Below are positions 49,247 to 57,991 of a stretch of 64,000 bases of DNA, piece after piece. The stretch spans positions 104,129 through 168,128 of the IMG/VR virus record IMGVR_UViG_3300047564_002155; one strand, given 5' to 3'. The stretch is from a virus. The stretch's first letter is position 1; every line of letters starts with the position of its first letter. The translations under genes and the position numbers were made by a program. The notes beneath the pieces were generated by a model. It was given only the letters and a program-made list of their open reading frames with translations. It was not told where the DNA came from and made no database searches.

Positions 49247-49482
49247 TGTATTACATATTGTTAAAAGAGGATGATGTTAAAAATCCAAACTTTTCTCCGA
49301 ATGTGTTGGGTGAGGTTTCGTTCAAAAACTTTTGGGCAGAGGATGGTTTCCGAGCTCTTCAACAAATGATACAAAAGTATCCTGATAACCTTGATGAGGT
49401 AGTTATCAAAGACCAAAATAATAAATCTTATTCCATAGAACAATTCTTGGATAAACTTAATGGTTTACGAATTATTCAGTAA
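49243..49482 (+). CDS. Small hypothetical protein
   Basis: 79 aa, operonic. Confidence 0.6.
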   Translation: MMYYILLKEDDVKNPNFSPNVLGEVSFKNFWAEDGFRALQQMIQKYPDNLDEVVIKDQNNKSYSIEQFLDKLNGLRIIQ

Positions 49483-49483
49483 A

Positions 49484-49645
49484 ATGGCAAAAATCAACAT
49501 TCACCAATTAGACCGTTACACAACGGAATTTAAATCATACGAAAAAATCAATAAAAAAAATGGAAAGAATAAAAGCCAAGATGGCGAAGACCTTTTCCAA
49601 TCATCGGGGAAGTCTCGTAGAAGAAGAGAGAGTAACGATTATTAA
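49484..49645 (+). CDS. Small basic hypothetical protein
   Basis: ATG 49484 just after the upstream stop; 53 aa. Confidence 0.45.
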   Translation: MAKINIHQLDRYTTEFKSYEKINKKNGKNKSQDGEDLFQSSGKSRRRRESNDY

Positions 49646-49716
49646 ATCAACTGACACCCACCATCATATTTTAGACCCATTTGATATTTTGTGGATAGTT
49701 CCACGAGAATTTATCC

Positions 49717-49725
49717 ATACTTATT
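49717..49725 (+). promoter_or_regulatory. Putative late-promoter motif variant ATACTTATT inside an inverted repeat
   Basis: Flanked by ATTTATCC (49709-16) and GGATAAAT (49733-40), upstream of the endolysin. Confidence 0.45.
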
Positions 49726-49773
49726 AAGGTAGGGATAAATCTATCCTTTTGGTTTTTAAAATAGGAGTTTAAA

Positions 49774-50619
49774 ATGGCTGTTTACAAAAGAGGTGATAAT
49801 AACGAATTCATCAAAGAAATCCAAAAAGCATTGGGTGTTGACCCAATTGGTAATTTTGGACCAAAAACCGAAGATGCTGTAAAAGCATTTCAAAAGAAAC
49901 ACGGACTTACCGCTGATGGTATTGTTGGTGAATCCACATTAGTTAAATTGGGTCTCAAAGCTCCAGCAGCTCCTGCTGCTAAGCCCGCTGCTAAACCTGC
50001 AGCAGCCGCTCCTGCAAAACCAAGTGCTGCTGCAAAATACAATAAAGAATCTATTGAAAAAGCAGTAAAAGCAAAAGGATACAAGTGGTTTGAAGGTAAA
50101 GACCTTGAACTTAATATCGTAGGTGTTCGTAATTCAGATACAGGTACAAAAGTAACCAATGCTTTTGATGATAGAATTACCGTATCATACAAAGAAAATG
50201 GTGTTTGGGTTTACAATGAATGGATGAATACTACCGACCCTGGTACTAAAGGTGTTAAAGAATATCACAACGCAGCTGGTGTTGCAAGATTGGTTCCTGG
50301 TCAGTATGTTGACTCACACGCGTTGGGTCTACACCAAGGTAAGTATGAAGCCCTAAAACAATTTGGTAAGGTAAAAGTTTATCGTGATGCAAATCGTGAT
50401 ATGAACTATGATGAAACCAAAATCCAAGAAGGTGTATTTGGTATTAACATCCACAAAGCAGGTGCTGATTCTACATTTGTAGAAAACTGGTCTGAAGGAT
50501 GTCAAGTATTCAAAAGAGCGGCTGACTTTGAACAATTTATGACAATTGCAAGAAAAGCAGCGGCTGCTGGAAATAAGAAGTTTACTTATACTTTGATTGA
50601 ATCAAAAGATATCGTTTAA
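49774..50619 (+). CDS. Endolysin: PG-binding domain + Ala/Pro linker + L,D-transpeptidase-like catalytic domain
   Basis: PG_binding_1 'GNFGPKTEDAVKAFQKKHGLTADGIVG..T'; catalytic 'GINIH...WSEGC'. Confidence 0.85.
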   Translation: MAVYKRGDNNEFIKEIQKALGVDPIGNFGPKTEDAVKAFQKKHGLTADGIVGESTLVKLGLKAPAAPAAKPAAKPAAAAPAKPSAAAKYNKESIEKAVKAKGYKWFEGKDLELNIVGVRNSDTGTKVTNAFDDRITVSYKENGVWVYNEWMNTTDPGTKGVKEYHNAAGVARLVPGQYVDSHALGLHQGKYEALKQFGKVKVYRDANRDMNYDETKIQEGVFGINIHKAGADSTFVENWSEGCQVFKRAADFEQFMTIARKAAAAGNKKFTYTLIESKDIV

Positions 50620-50681
50620 GATAGTTATTTAAAAGAGTTTTTTAAGAAGTTTCGGGTCAACAACTAATAGGACTTGAAACT

Positions 50682-52601
50682 ATGAAAAAATTATTATTCC
50701 TTTTATTAGGGATTTTATCAATTGGTGCTGTAGCACAAAATGGTAAGACCGAGATATTAGTGGCTCCAAACTCAAACAGCCCATATATCTTGGTTGATAC
50801 CTTGTTTACCCTTGAAGATACATCTGTAACTACGGATATTTACATTCACTTTGCAAATCCAACCGCAAGTAATGTAAAGGCAGTTCAGTTCAGATTGTTC
50901 TATGACAATACGAAGTTCTCAAATGTTCAGGTATTTTGGGGGCCAACCGCTCTTTCTATATCAGACAAGTATGGTTCCTTCTTCAAAAGTGGTGACTATG
51001 TGAATATTATTGGAACTTACACCGGAAACAATCAAAACTTTGATTGGTCTGATGGTGCTATGTTCAAAGTAAGATTAACGCATGGTTCGGCATATCAAGG
51101 TGTGGTAAACTCAATGGCTACTACCGGTACAACTTCATACTCAAACCTTGCTACTACTGGAAATGGTACGGATGTTACTTTGGGATTATTCAATTATGGT
51201 GGCGCTTTCCAAATGCAACCAATCACATTCCCAATCAGAGTTAAAAACGCAGATGGTTCTGCAGCACAAGGTGTTTGGTTTTCAGCATCAAAAAGATTAA
51301 AGTCAACTCCGCAAGCAACTTGGCAACCAATTACATCTGACTCAACAAACGCATTGGGTTTAGTATCATTTACACATCCACTTGATACCTCATATTGGAA
51401 TTTAAAGATTACTGCTCAAACCGACACTATGGGTGATGGTGGTGCTATTTCAATTACGGATGCATACAAATTGGCAAACCACGCTTCAATGCAAGATACT
51501 TTGAGTGGTATTGAATGGTATGAAGGTGATATCAACCAATCACAAACAGCAACAATTTCTGACGCATTTGCTGTGTTTAATAGATTGGCTCTTCAGTCTA
51601 CGGATTGGGATGGTTTATTCACCGGCGTAAACAACGTATCGGTATTATGGCCAAATGAGTACACTACTGCTGTATCAGCAACCGGTATTCCAGACTGGAC
51701 TACTTCGCCAAGAAGATATCAAATTGATACTATTGTAAACTCACTTGACTCAATTAACCCATACATTTATGTAGTGGGTGACGCGACAACTACGGGCTAT
51801 AACAACCCTGCGGTTATTATGGCAAAAATTGCAAACCCAGGCACCGGAACTGATTACATACTTGACCCAGCAGTTTATATGGTCAATAGAGATGACACGG
51901 TTCAATTCCGTATTCCTAAATTGGTAATTGCAAATAATCAAATGGAAGTTCCTGTGACTATGTTCACATTTGGTAATAAGATTGGTGCTGCTCAAATGGG
52001 TATTGAGTTTGATACTACAATCTTCCAATTTAGTTCTATCAAAGTTGGTGATGATGTATCAAAATGGACATCATTAATTTCGGTAGAAAAGGGTAGAGTA
52101 TTCTTCGCAGGACACGAAGACAAAATGAACCCATCGTTGGTTGAAACAATGACCAATCAATTTACATTTGTATTTAATGTTATCAATCCAATTGGATGGC
52201 AGACTTCACCTTTGAGAATCTTTGATAAATCTGCTGGTAATGAAAAGGCAGAAGACCTGTCAGTTAAACCATCACCAAACGATGGTTCGGTAGTGAATAG
52301 AAACTCAATGAACCCTGACCTTGCTGAATTGATGACCGGATTCAAAGTGTATCCAAACCCTGTTACCGACCTTACCGATGGTTGGTTAGTAATTGAACAC
52401 TTTAACGAATATAGAAATTCTGACTTTACTGGTGTAATTTACAACATTAGTGGTCAAGTATCACAAGTTTACCAAACAAAGATTACCAACATTGGTTTCC
52501 AAGTACACGGAATAAATGTTAAGGACCTACCGAATGGAGTATACTTTGTTAAGTTAGTTACGGCGGATAGAGAAAAAGTTGTGAAAATTGTTAAATATTA
52601 A
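50682..52601 (+). CDS. T9SS-secreted cohesin/dockerin scaffold-like protein
   Basis: Signal peptide; cohesin-like 'DIYIHF...VKAVQFRLFYDNT'; dockerin-like 'ISITDA...GDINQSQTATISDAF'; second cohesin-like 'MEVPV...IGAAQMGIEFDTT.F'; type A CTD 'FKVYPNPV...IYNISGQ...INVKDLPNGVYFVKL...KIVK'. Confidence 0.8.
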   Translation: MKKLLFLLLGILSIGAVAQNGKTEILVAPNSNSPYILVDTLFTLEDTSVTTDIYIHFANPTASNVKAVQFRLFYDNTKFSNVQVFWGPTALSISDKYGSFFKSGDYVNIIGTYTGNNQNFDWSDGAMFKVRLTHGSAYQGVVNSMATTGTTSYSNLATTGNGTDVTLGLFNYGGAFQMQPITFPIRVKNADGSAAQGVWFSASKRLKSTPQATWQPITSDSTNALGLVSFTHPLDTSYWNLKITAQTDTMGDGGAISITDAYKLANHASMQDTLSGIEWYEGDINQSQTATISDAFAVFNRLALQSTDWDGLFTGVNNVSVLWPNEYTTAVSATGIPDWTTSPRRYQIDTIVNSLDSINPYIYVVGDATTTGYNNPAVIMAKIANPGTGTDYILDPAVYMVNRDDTVQFRIPKLVIANNQMEVPVTMFTFGNKIGAAQMGIEFDTTIFQFSSIKVGDDVSKWTSLISVEKGRVFFAGHEDKMNPSLVETMTNQFTFVFNVINPIGWQTSPLRIFDKSAGNEKAEDLSVKPSPNDGSVVNRNSMNPDLAELMTGFKVYPNPVTDLTDGWLVIEHFNEYRNSDFTGVIYNISGQVSQVYQTKITNIGFQVHGINVKDLPNGVYFVKLVTADREKVVKIVKY

Positions 52602-52615
52602 TAAAAAGGAAGAAT

Positions 52616-52864
52616 ATGGCATTTGTAGACATCTTCAAAGACAAAAACGATTTTAATGAAAAAACAATCGTGGGATTTCTGTCATTTTCAGTTATGGCTA
52701 TCTTCGCCGGCGCTGATGTTGTAACAGGTATTATGGGTCAAGAGTTAATCATCTCTGACACTATTTTTAATTCATTCGTAATGATTACTTTGGGTGCTTT
52801 TGGTATTGCTGAAGCTGGAAAGATTTTCGGTGGCAAGAAAAAAGATGAAGAAGAATTAGGTTAA
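52616..52864 (+). CDS. Small two-TM membrane protein (holin-like)
   Basis: Two hydrophobic helices and a charged C-terminal tail. Confidence 0.6.
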   Translation: MAFVDIFKDKNDFNEKTIVGFLSFSVMAIFAGADVVTGIMGQELIISDTIFNSFVMITLGAFGIAEAGKIFGGKKKDEEELG

Positions 52865-52884
52865 TTTAAAATAAGGAAGAAGTG

Positions 52885-53277
52885 ATGTCAGAAGAACAAC
52901 AAGAAGGCGGACTATCGGGTCTTAAAAAGACCATCCTTGGAGTAGCTGGAACTGCTGTTACAGGTTTTGGAATCTGGGCAAGTACAAACATCAATAAGAT
53001 TTTTGGTGTAGAGGAAGAGTCGGATGTAAAAACTGAACAAGTTCAACAGGTTCAACAACAACCTGCTGCAGCTCCCGTGGTTATTAACCTTGAAAATAAC
53101 AACACTCAACAGCAAAGTTCTGGCGGTGGTACTCATACAAGAGAAATCATCAGAGAAGTTCCTGCTCAACAACCTGCAGCAGCTCCCGCTCCTGTGGTTG
53201 AAAAGAAGGAAACTCCTGCTGAAAGAATCGCAAGACTAAAAGCTGAAAAAGAAGCTAAAAACGCGGGTGGTCAATGA
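52885..53277 (+). CDS. Membrane-anchored Gln/Pro/Ala-rich protein
   Basis: N-terminal TM 'ILGVAGTAVTGFGIWA', repeated 'QQPAAAP', charged C-terminal helix. Confidence 0.65.
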   Translation: MSEEQQEGGLSGLKKTILGVAGTAVTGFGIWASTNINKIFGVEEESDVKTEQVQQVQQQPAAAPVVINLENNNTQQQSSGGGTHTREIIREVPAQQPAAAPAPVVEKKETPAERIARLKAEKEAKNAGGQ

Positions 53278-54014
53278 GAACTCGTAAAGATGTAATTTTA
53301 GAGTATATCTTTGCACCATTAGGTGTGATTATGGTGGTGGGTGGCTTACTTTTTGTAGGAACAATGGCTACTTCGTGTAAGTCATCTATTTCTACGGAAG
53401 CATACAAAGCGGAGTTTGAACAAGCACAACCATTAAATACACTACCGGCTTATACTGGTGAAAAGCAAGTGGTTCAACTTGCTACTCTTAATGTTAACAA
53501 AGAACTTTGGGATATGTTCCCTGAACTTCGTGACAAAAGAGTTGGTATGGGTGTATCAAATCGTATTGTAGAGAACTTTGAAACAACTGGTAGGTTTACT
53601 TATGCTGAAGAAAAAGAAGCAATTGTAAACCAAATGTTGGATACTTGGGAAAAAGACTTACAAGGTCTTGGTGATGGTAAAACAAAATTAAATGTTGGTT
53701 CTGTGGTATTGCCAAAGTATATTGTGTATGCTGAAATCTATGACTTTTCGGTATCTTACGCTGAAACTTACGACAAGGGTAAATTGAATAAAACCAACAC
53801 TACAATTATTGGTATCCAAATCCGTATGGTAAATGTGGATAATTCTCAATACATTGTAGCATCAGGTCAAGGAACATCTACTCAAGTTGGTGAGGGTTAC
53901 TTCAAAAACCCAACTATGGGGTTTGATAACTCTACCGTAGGTATCTCTACACAACGCGCTTTGGAGGTTGCTACTATGAACCTCATCAAGCGTATGGAAC
54001 AAAATGGATGGTAA
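53274..54014 (+). CDS. CsgG/HfaB-like outer-membrane lipoprotein
   Basis: Lipobox 'ATSC'; 'GMGVSNRIVE.FETTGRF...E', 'YIVYAEIYDF', 'IGIQIRMVNVD.SQ.I.ASGQG', 'F....G....ALE'. Confidence 0.75.
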   Translation: MRTRKDVILEYIFAPLGVIMVVGGLLFVGTMATSCKSSISTEAYKAEFEQAQPLNTLPAYTGEKQVVQLATLNVNKELWDMFPELRDKRVGMGVSNRIVENFETTGRFTYAEEKEAIVNQMLDTWEKDLQGLGDGKTKLNVGSVVLPKYIVYAEIYDFSVSYAETYDKGKLNKTNTTIIGIQIRMVNVDNSQYIVASGQGTSTQVGEGYFKNPTMGFDNSTVGISTQRALEVATMNLIKRMEQNGW

Positions 54015-55455
54015 ACATTGGATAACTCTCCTATTTCTCGTATTGGGGTTTGGTGTAGCTGCACAAACATATCAGTATAGCTACACCGACCCTTGTACAG
54101 GGATATTAAACACAGTTACAATTACACAACAAACGGGTTCGGTTACATTATTTTACGCCGGACAATATCAAACTTTTACAGCGGCTCAATTACAAGCCGG
54201 AGCATATGAAGCTTGGATAGCTCAAATCAATGCTCAGTTTCCACCTGGTTCAAATCCTTGTGCTGGGAATGGTGGTCAAAACGCAAATAATTCCAACGTG
54301 AGTATTGGAACCAATTCAGCAACAAATATTACAAACATCATAGGTATAGCTACTTCAGTTAGTGGTTCTGCTTCGGGCGCTGCCGGAAATATTGGCGGTG
54401 GTATGGGTGGTGGTGATATGGGCGGTGGTGGTTCAAGTGGTGGTGACCCCGGTGAAAACGGAGCCGGTGGGTCATCTTCATCAAGTGGTGGCTCCGGTGG
54501 TGGTTCAAAACCACCTACCGGTGGAAGTGGTTCATCAAGTGGTGGTGGCTCTACCAGCGGTAGTGGTTCTACTGGCGGTGGAAGTGGTTCGGGTGGTGGT
54601 CAACCATCCGGTGGAGGTCAACCCGCGTCTGGTCAAGGTGAGGGTGGTGGTGGTTCCGTTCCATCATCCGGTGGTGGTGGTGAAAGTGGTGGTGGAACCG
54701 AGCAAGGTGCTGTGGGTGAGAGTTCTACAACAACCGCAAGTGGTGGTGAATCCGAATCATCTTCATCCGAAGGTGGTGGTGGAGGTGGCGGTAGTCGTCA
54801 AAAATCAAAACAAGAGCGTATTGCAAGAGGTGCTTTAATTGGGGCTGGTGATATTGTTGTGATTAGAAACTCCGCTAATATCCAAGATACGGGTAAAGAT
54901 AACCTAAAAGTAAACCTATCACTAACGCACGTTAATACAAAACAAAACTTTATTAAAGGTATGGCATTAAACTATCAGACAGGTGAGAATGTAGCTAATG
55001 TGACTTTGTATGGTAGTTTTAAATCAAAAGGTTATATGGGTGTCTTTTCAAACTCATTTATGACCAATTTTCAAACCGATTGGTTCAATACAGGTTCATT
55101 CTTAAATGCTCAAAAAACAGGTCCTGCGACCTGGTTGCTTGGTTTAAACTATACATTTGGTTCGTTGGGTAAAAGTGATTTCCAAAACTTTTCTCTTGTT
55201 GGCGGAACCTTTACAAATTTTAAAGGTGGTAAATCATTTAGTTCTAATGTAATGATGTTAGGTATTTATAGTCCCTATGTGTTTTATTACGAAGGTCAAT
55301 GGTATAAATCAGGAGTTATATTAGTTCCTATGATGAATATGGATTTTAAATTAACTGATAAGTTTAAATGGAGCATTTCATTTAGTGGTGCTTATCAGCT
55401 TAATGCTGAAATTTTAAATTACCAAGTAATGACCGGAACAAAGATGTTGTTATGA
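54004..55455 (+). CDS. Secreted protein with Gly/Ser linker and predicted C-terminal outer-membrane beta-barrel
   Basis: Signal peptide; Cys-paired N-terminal domain ('DPC..NPC'); ~150 aa G/S-rich region; C-terminal ~200 aa of alternating amphipathic beta-strands. Confidence 0.6.
   Translation: MDGKHWITLLFLVLGFGVAAQTYQYSYTDPCTGILNTVTITQQTGSVTLFYAGQYQTFTAAQLQAGAYEAWIAQINAQFPPGSNPCAGNGGQNANNSNVSIGTNSATNITNIIGIATSVSGSASGAAGNIGGGMGGGDMGGGGSSGGDPGENGAGGSSSSSGGSGGGSKPPTGGSGSSSGGGSTSGSGSTGGGSGSGGGQPSGGGQPASGQGEGGGGSVPSSGGGGESGGGTEQGAVGESSTTTASGGESESSSSEGGGGGGGSRQKSKQERIARGALIGAGDIVVIRNSANIQDTGKDNLKVNLSLTHVNTKQNFIKGMALNYQTGENVANVTLYGSFKSKGYMGVFSNSFMTNFQTDWFNTGSFLNAQKTGPATWLLGLNYTFGSLGKSDFQNFSLVGGTFTNFKGGKSFSSNVMMLGIYSPYVFYYEGQWYKSGVILVPMMNMDFKLTDKFKWSISFSGAYQLNAEILNYQVMTGTKMLL
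54360..54795 (+). repeat. Low-complexity (GGT/AGT/TCA)n Gly-Ser coding tract
   Basis: Dense ggtggtggt / ggttcatca repeats, locally GC-rich. Confidence 0.85.
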
Positions 55456-56444
55456 GATGGTTTATTTTTATTCTTATTTTTATACTCACAGTATCAATTG
55501 AGGGGTATTCTCAAACCTTTACTCATTCGGGAACTATTAGAACTGAAGGTAACATAGTTGTTCCAGGAGTAACAGTTAAACTTTATAAAAGAACTACTCC
55601 TGTAATAACAGGATTCACAAACCAGCAGAACTACAACGGACACTCTTACTATCGGTCAACAAGTTCTGCCTTCTGGTCAGCAGCCAAAGCTGCTTGTGAG
55701 AATATGGGTGGACATTTAGTAACAGTAACTTCAGCAGCTGAAAATAGCTTCATCTTCAATCTATGGCCATCTGGCTGGATTGGACTAACAGACGAAGTAA
55801 CGGAAGGACAGTGGAGATGGGTTACAGGAGAAACTTATTCATACTCATCTTGGAATAGCGGTGAACCAAACAACGCAGGTAATGAAGACTACGTTCAGTT
55901 TGTTGGTGGTGGTAGATGGAATGACCTACCTAATAATGTATCTCTACCATATGTGTTAGAATTTGAATACATAGTAACGACTACACCCTGGGTGTTACAA
56001 GCAACATCAGTCACAAATGCTAGCGGTCAATATTCATTTAGTCAGGTCACTAACCCTTCAGTTGAATGGTATATTGAAGTAGTTGTTCCAACAGTCTCAT
56101 CCAACCCAGCGATATCTGATTTTGATGGTCCAAGTGATGTTATTTTGGGTAGAACTGCTTTAAAACCATATCACTATCACAAATATGATTTGAGTGGTGA
56201 GGGTAAAATTACAATTGCAGATATTTGTATAATTGCTGATAGAATAAATGGAACACCTTTTACAAAGAATACTTTACTCTTTACAAATACCCAATGGACA
56301 AGTTTAAATAGTGGAACTTCTGATTTAAGAGCCACAATACCCGGACTTGCAACTTCATACACATTTACTCCCACATCGGGCGGAACAAGTAATTTCTATT
56401 TATTATCACCGGGTTATAACAATCAGTCAGCCTTGACCTATTAA
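55452..56444 (+). CDS. Secreted C-type lectin + dockerin-like protein
   Basis: Signal peptide; CTLD 'YNGHSYY..W..A..AC..GGHLVT..S..EN...WIGLTD..EG.WRW..GE...W..GEPNN..EDY..WND'; dockerin-like 'YDLSGEGKITIAD'. Confidence 0.85.
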   Translation: MRWFIFILIFILTVSIEGYSQTFTHSGTIRTEGNIVVPGVTVKLYKRTTPVITGFTNQQNYNGHSYYRSTSSAFWSAAKAACENMGGHLVTVTSAAENSFIFNLWPSGWIGLTDEVTEGQWRWVTGETYSYSSWNSGEPNNAGNEDYVQFVGGGRWNDLPNNVSLPYVLEFEYIVTTTPWVLQATSVTNASGQYSFSQVTNPSVEWYIEVVVPTVSSNPAISDFDGPSDVILGRTALKPYHYHKYDLSGEGKITIADICIIADRINGTPFTKNTLLFTNTQWTSLNSGTSDLRATIPGLATSYTFTPTSGGTSNFYLLSPGYNNQSALTY

Positions 56445-56445
56445 A

Positions 56446-57585
56446 ATGAAATGGATACTAACATTATTACCATTTGTCACTTTTGGACAAACCATAACTC
56501 TGACTCCGATTGGAACGCAGGATGTTAGTGGTATACCTGTTCAAGTTGAACACTATGTAAATTATGTTCCAAACCACTCCATCTCATCGGTAACATATAA
56601 CCCATTAGGAACAACTGGAACATCAGTATCATTGGGTGATGATGATAATATAGGCCCGTTTAACATAGGTTTTAACTTTGAGTTCTATGGGCAAACCTTT
56701 TCACAATTTAGAATATGCACCAATGGATTCATTACATTTGGTGACCCATCTGGAACTTATTCTCCCACATCGTTTCCATCATCAGCAACTCCCAATGGTG
56801 TAGTAGCAGCATATTGGACAGACCTATTTCCAACCTCTGGTTATTATGTGAGATATAGAACCGAAGGAACTGCTCCAAATAGACAATTGGTTGTAAGTGC
56901 TCACCTAACCTATTATTCAAATAGAAATGCTTGGGTAGATTATCAGATTATTTTATTTGAAGGAACTAATAAAGTTCAAACCACAATCACATCACAAGGT
57001 TGGACTACCACAGCAACTCAAGGTGTGGAGAATCACCAAGGAACTTTAGCAGCAACTCCACCTGGTAGAAACCTTACATCATTCAATGGTGCAGGAACTA
57101 CATTTGAATACACCCCGATGCCACCACTTCAAGGATGGGAATCACAAGGAACAAAAAATACAAATACAAGTGGACAGGTATCCTTTACTAACTCACTTAA
57201 CTGGCCATATAGAGTAACCATAAACACATCACAAAAAACACACTTAATAACTGATTTTAGTTTAAACTATATGATGTTTATGAAAGCTGGATTAGGACCA
57301 TTACAAGATTGGGACTTCTATACTTGTGATTGTGATAATTCATCAACATTTAATTGGGAAGATATTTATTGGTGTTATATGTTGTATTCAAATGGGTATT
57401 ACCATAACAAATATGTTTTCACTCAAGCTGAAAAAACAACAATAGAAAGTGATGTAAATACTAATTATTATAACACTTACTTTCCAACTCAAGTAAGAAC
57501 CATTGAAAATCAAAATCAGTTTTATATAATGGGAACCGGAATCCACAATGCTTCCCCTAATTCTAATGTAGGAAAAATACAATGA
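56446..57585 (+). CDS. Secreted NIDO-like domain + dockerin-like protein
   Basis: Signal peptide; 'GDDD...NIGFNFEFYG....ICTNGFITF...VAAYWTDL...YQIILFEG'; dockerin-like 'CDCDNSSTFNWED'. Confidence 0.7.
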   Translation: MKWILTLLPFVTFGQTITLTPIGTQDVSGIPVQVEHYVNYVPNHSISSVTYNPLGTTGTSVSLGDDDNIGPFNIGFNFEFYGQTFSQFRICTNGFITFGDPSGTYSPTSFPSSATPNGVVAAYWTDLFPTSGYYVRYRTEGTAPNRQLVVSAHLTYYSNRNAWVDYQIILFEGTNKVQTTITSQGWTTTATQGVENHQGTLAATPPGRNLTSFNGAGTTFEYTPMPPLQGWESQGTKNTNTSGQVSFTNSLNWPYRVTINTSQKTHLITDFSLNYMMFMKAGLGPLQDWDFYTCDCDNSSTFNWEDIYWCYMLYSNGYYHNKYVFTQAEKTTIESDVNTNYYNTYFPTQVRTIENQNQFYIMGTGIHNASPNSNVGKIQ

Positions 57586-57980
57586 ACGCAGTAATATGTT
57601 ATTTTATTTCATCGGTAATTTCATTAGCAACTCTACCTGGAGTTCCTGCTGAAAAGTTAACCTTTGGTGCAAGACAAATCACAACCGAGTTAGTCGGTCA
57701 GAAATATTCATTATGTGATGATGGTAAGCCCGTAGAAGTAACCATCCTTTCGGTAGATGCTCCAACCACTGGAATTCAAATTGGACCCTTTGAATTCAAA
57801 TCAAAGAAGACAATTGTAAAAACCAAAGTGGTAATGAATGGTAAAGAGTATTATGGTATCGGAAAAGCAAAAACAAATGTTGCTGCTACGCTAATGCAAT
57901 TACAAGATGAAGAACTACCATTTGAAAGAACCGAGTTTTCAGTAGCATTAAAAAAATCATTGGAAGACGCTCTTAACTGA
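57582..57980 (+). CDS. Small CsgG-like paralog
   Basis: 'FGARQITTELV' and 'FERTEFSVALKKSLE' parallel 'MGVSNRIVENF' and 'FDNSTVGISTQRALE' in the 53274 protein. Confidence 0.5.
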   Translation: MNAVICYFISSVISLATLPGVPAEKLTFGARQITTELVGQKYSLCDDGKPVEVTILSVDAPTTGIQIGPFEFKSKKTIVKTKVVMNGKEYYGIGKAKTNVAATLMQLQDEELPFERTEFSVALKKSLEDALN

Positions 57981-57988
57981 TATTTATT
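57980..57988 (+). promoter_or_regulatory. Putative late-promoter motif ATATTTATT
   Basis: 3 nt before ATG 57992. Confidence 0.55.
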
Positions 57989-57991
57989 AGT

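Noticed and set aside
54362-54838. 158-aa Val-rich alternative-frame ORF
   Set aside because: A by-product of the GGT-rich Gly/Ser tract read in another frame.
50682-57980. True cellulosome or curli operon, or a host chromosomal fragment
   Set aside because: No glycoside hydrolase domains and no curlin repeats. The block shares the strand, gene packing and apparent GATC avoidance of the flanking phage genes, with no integrase or junction visible.
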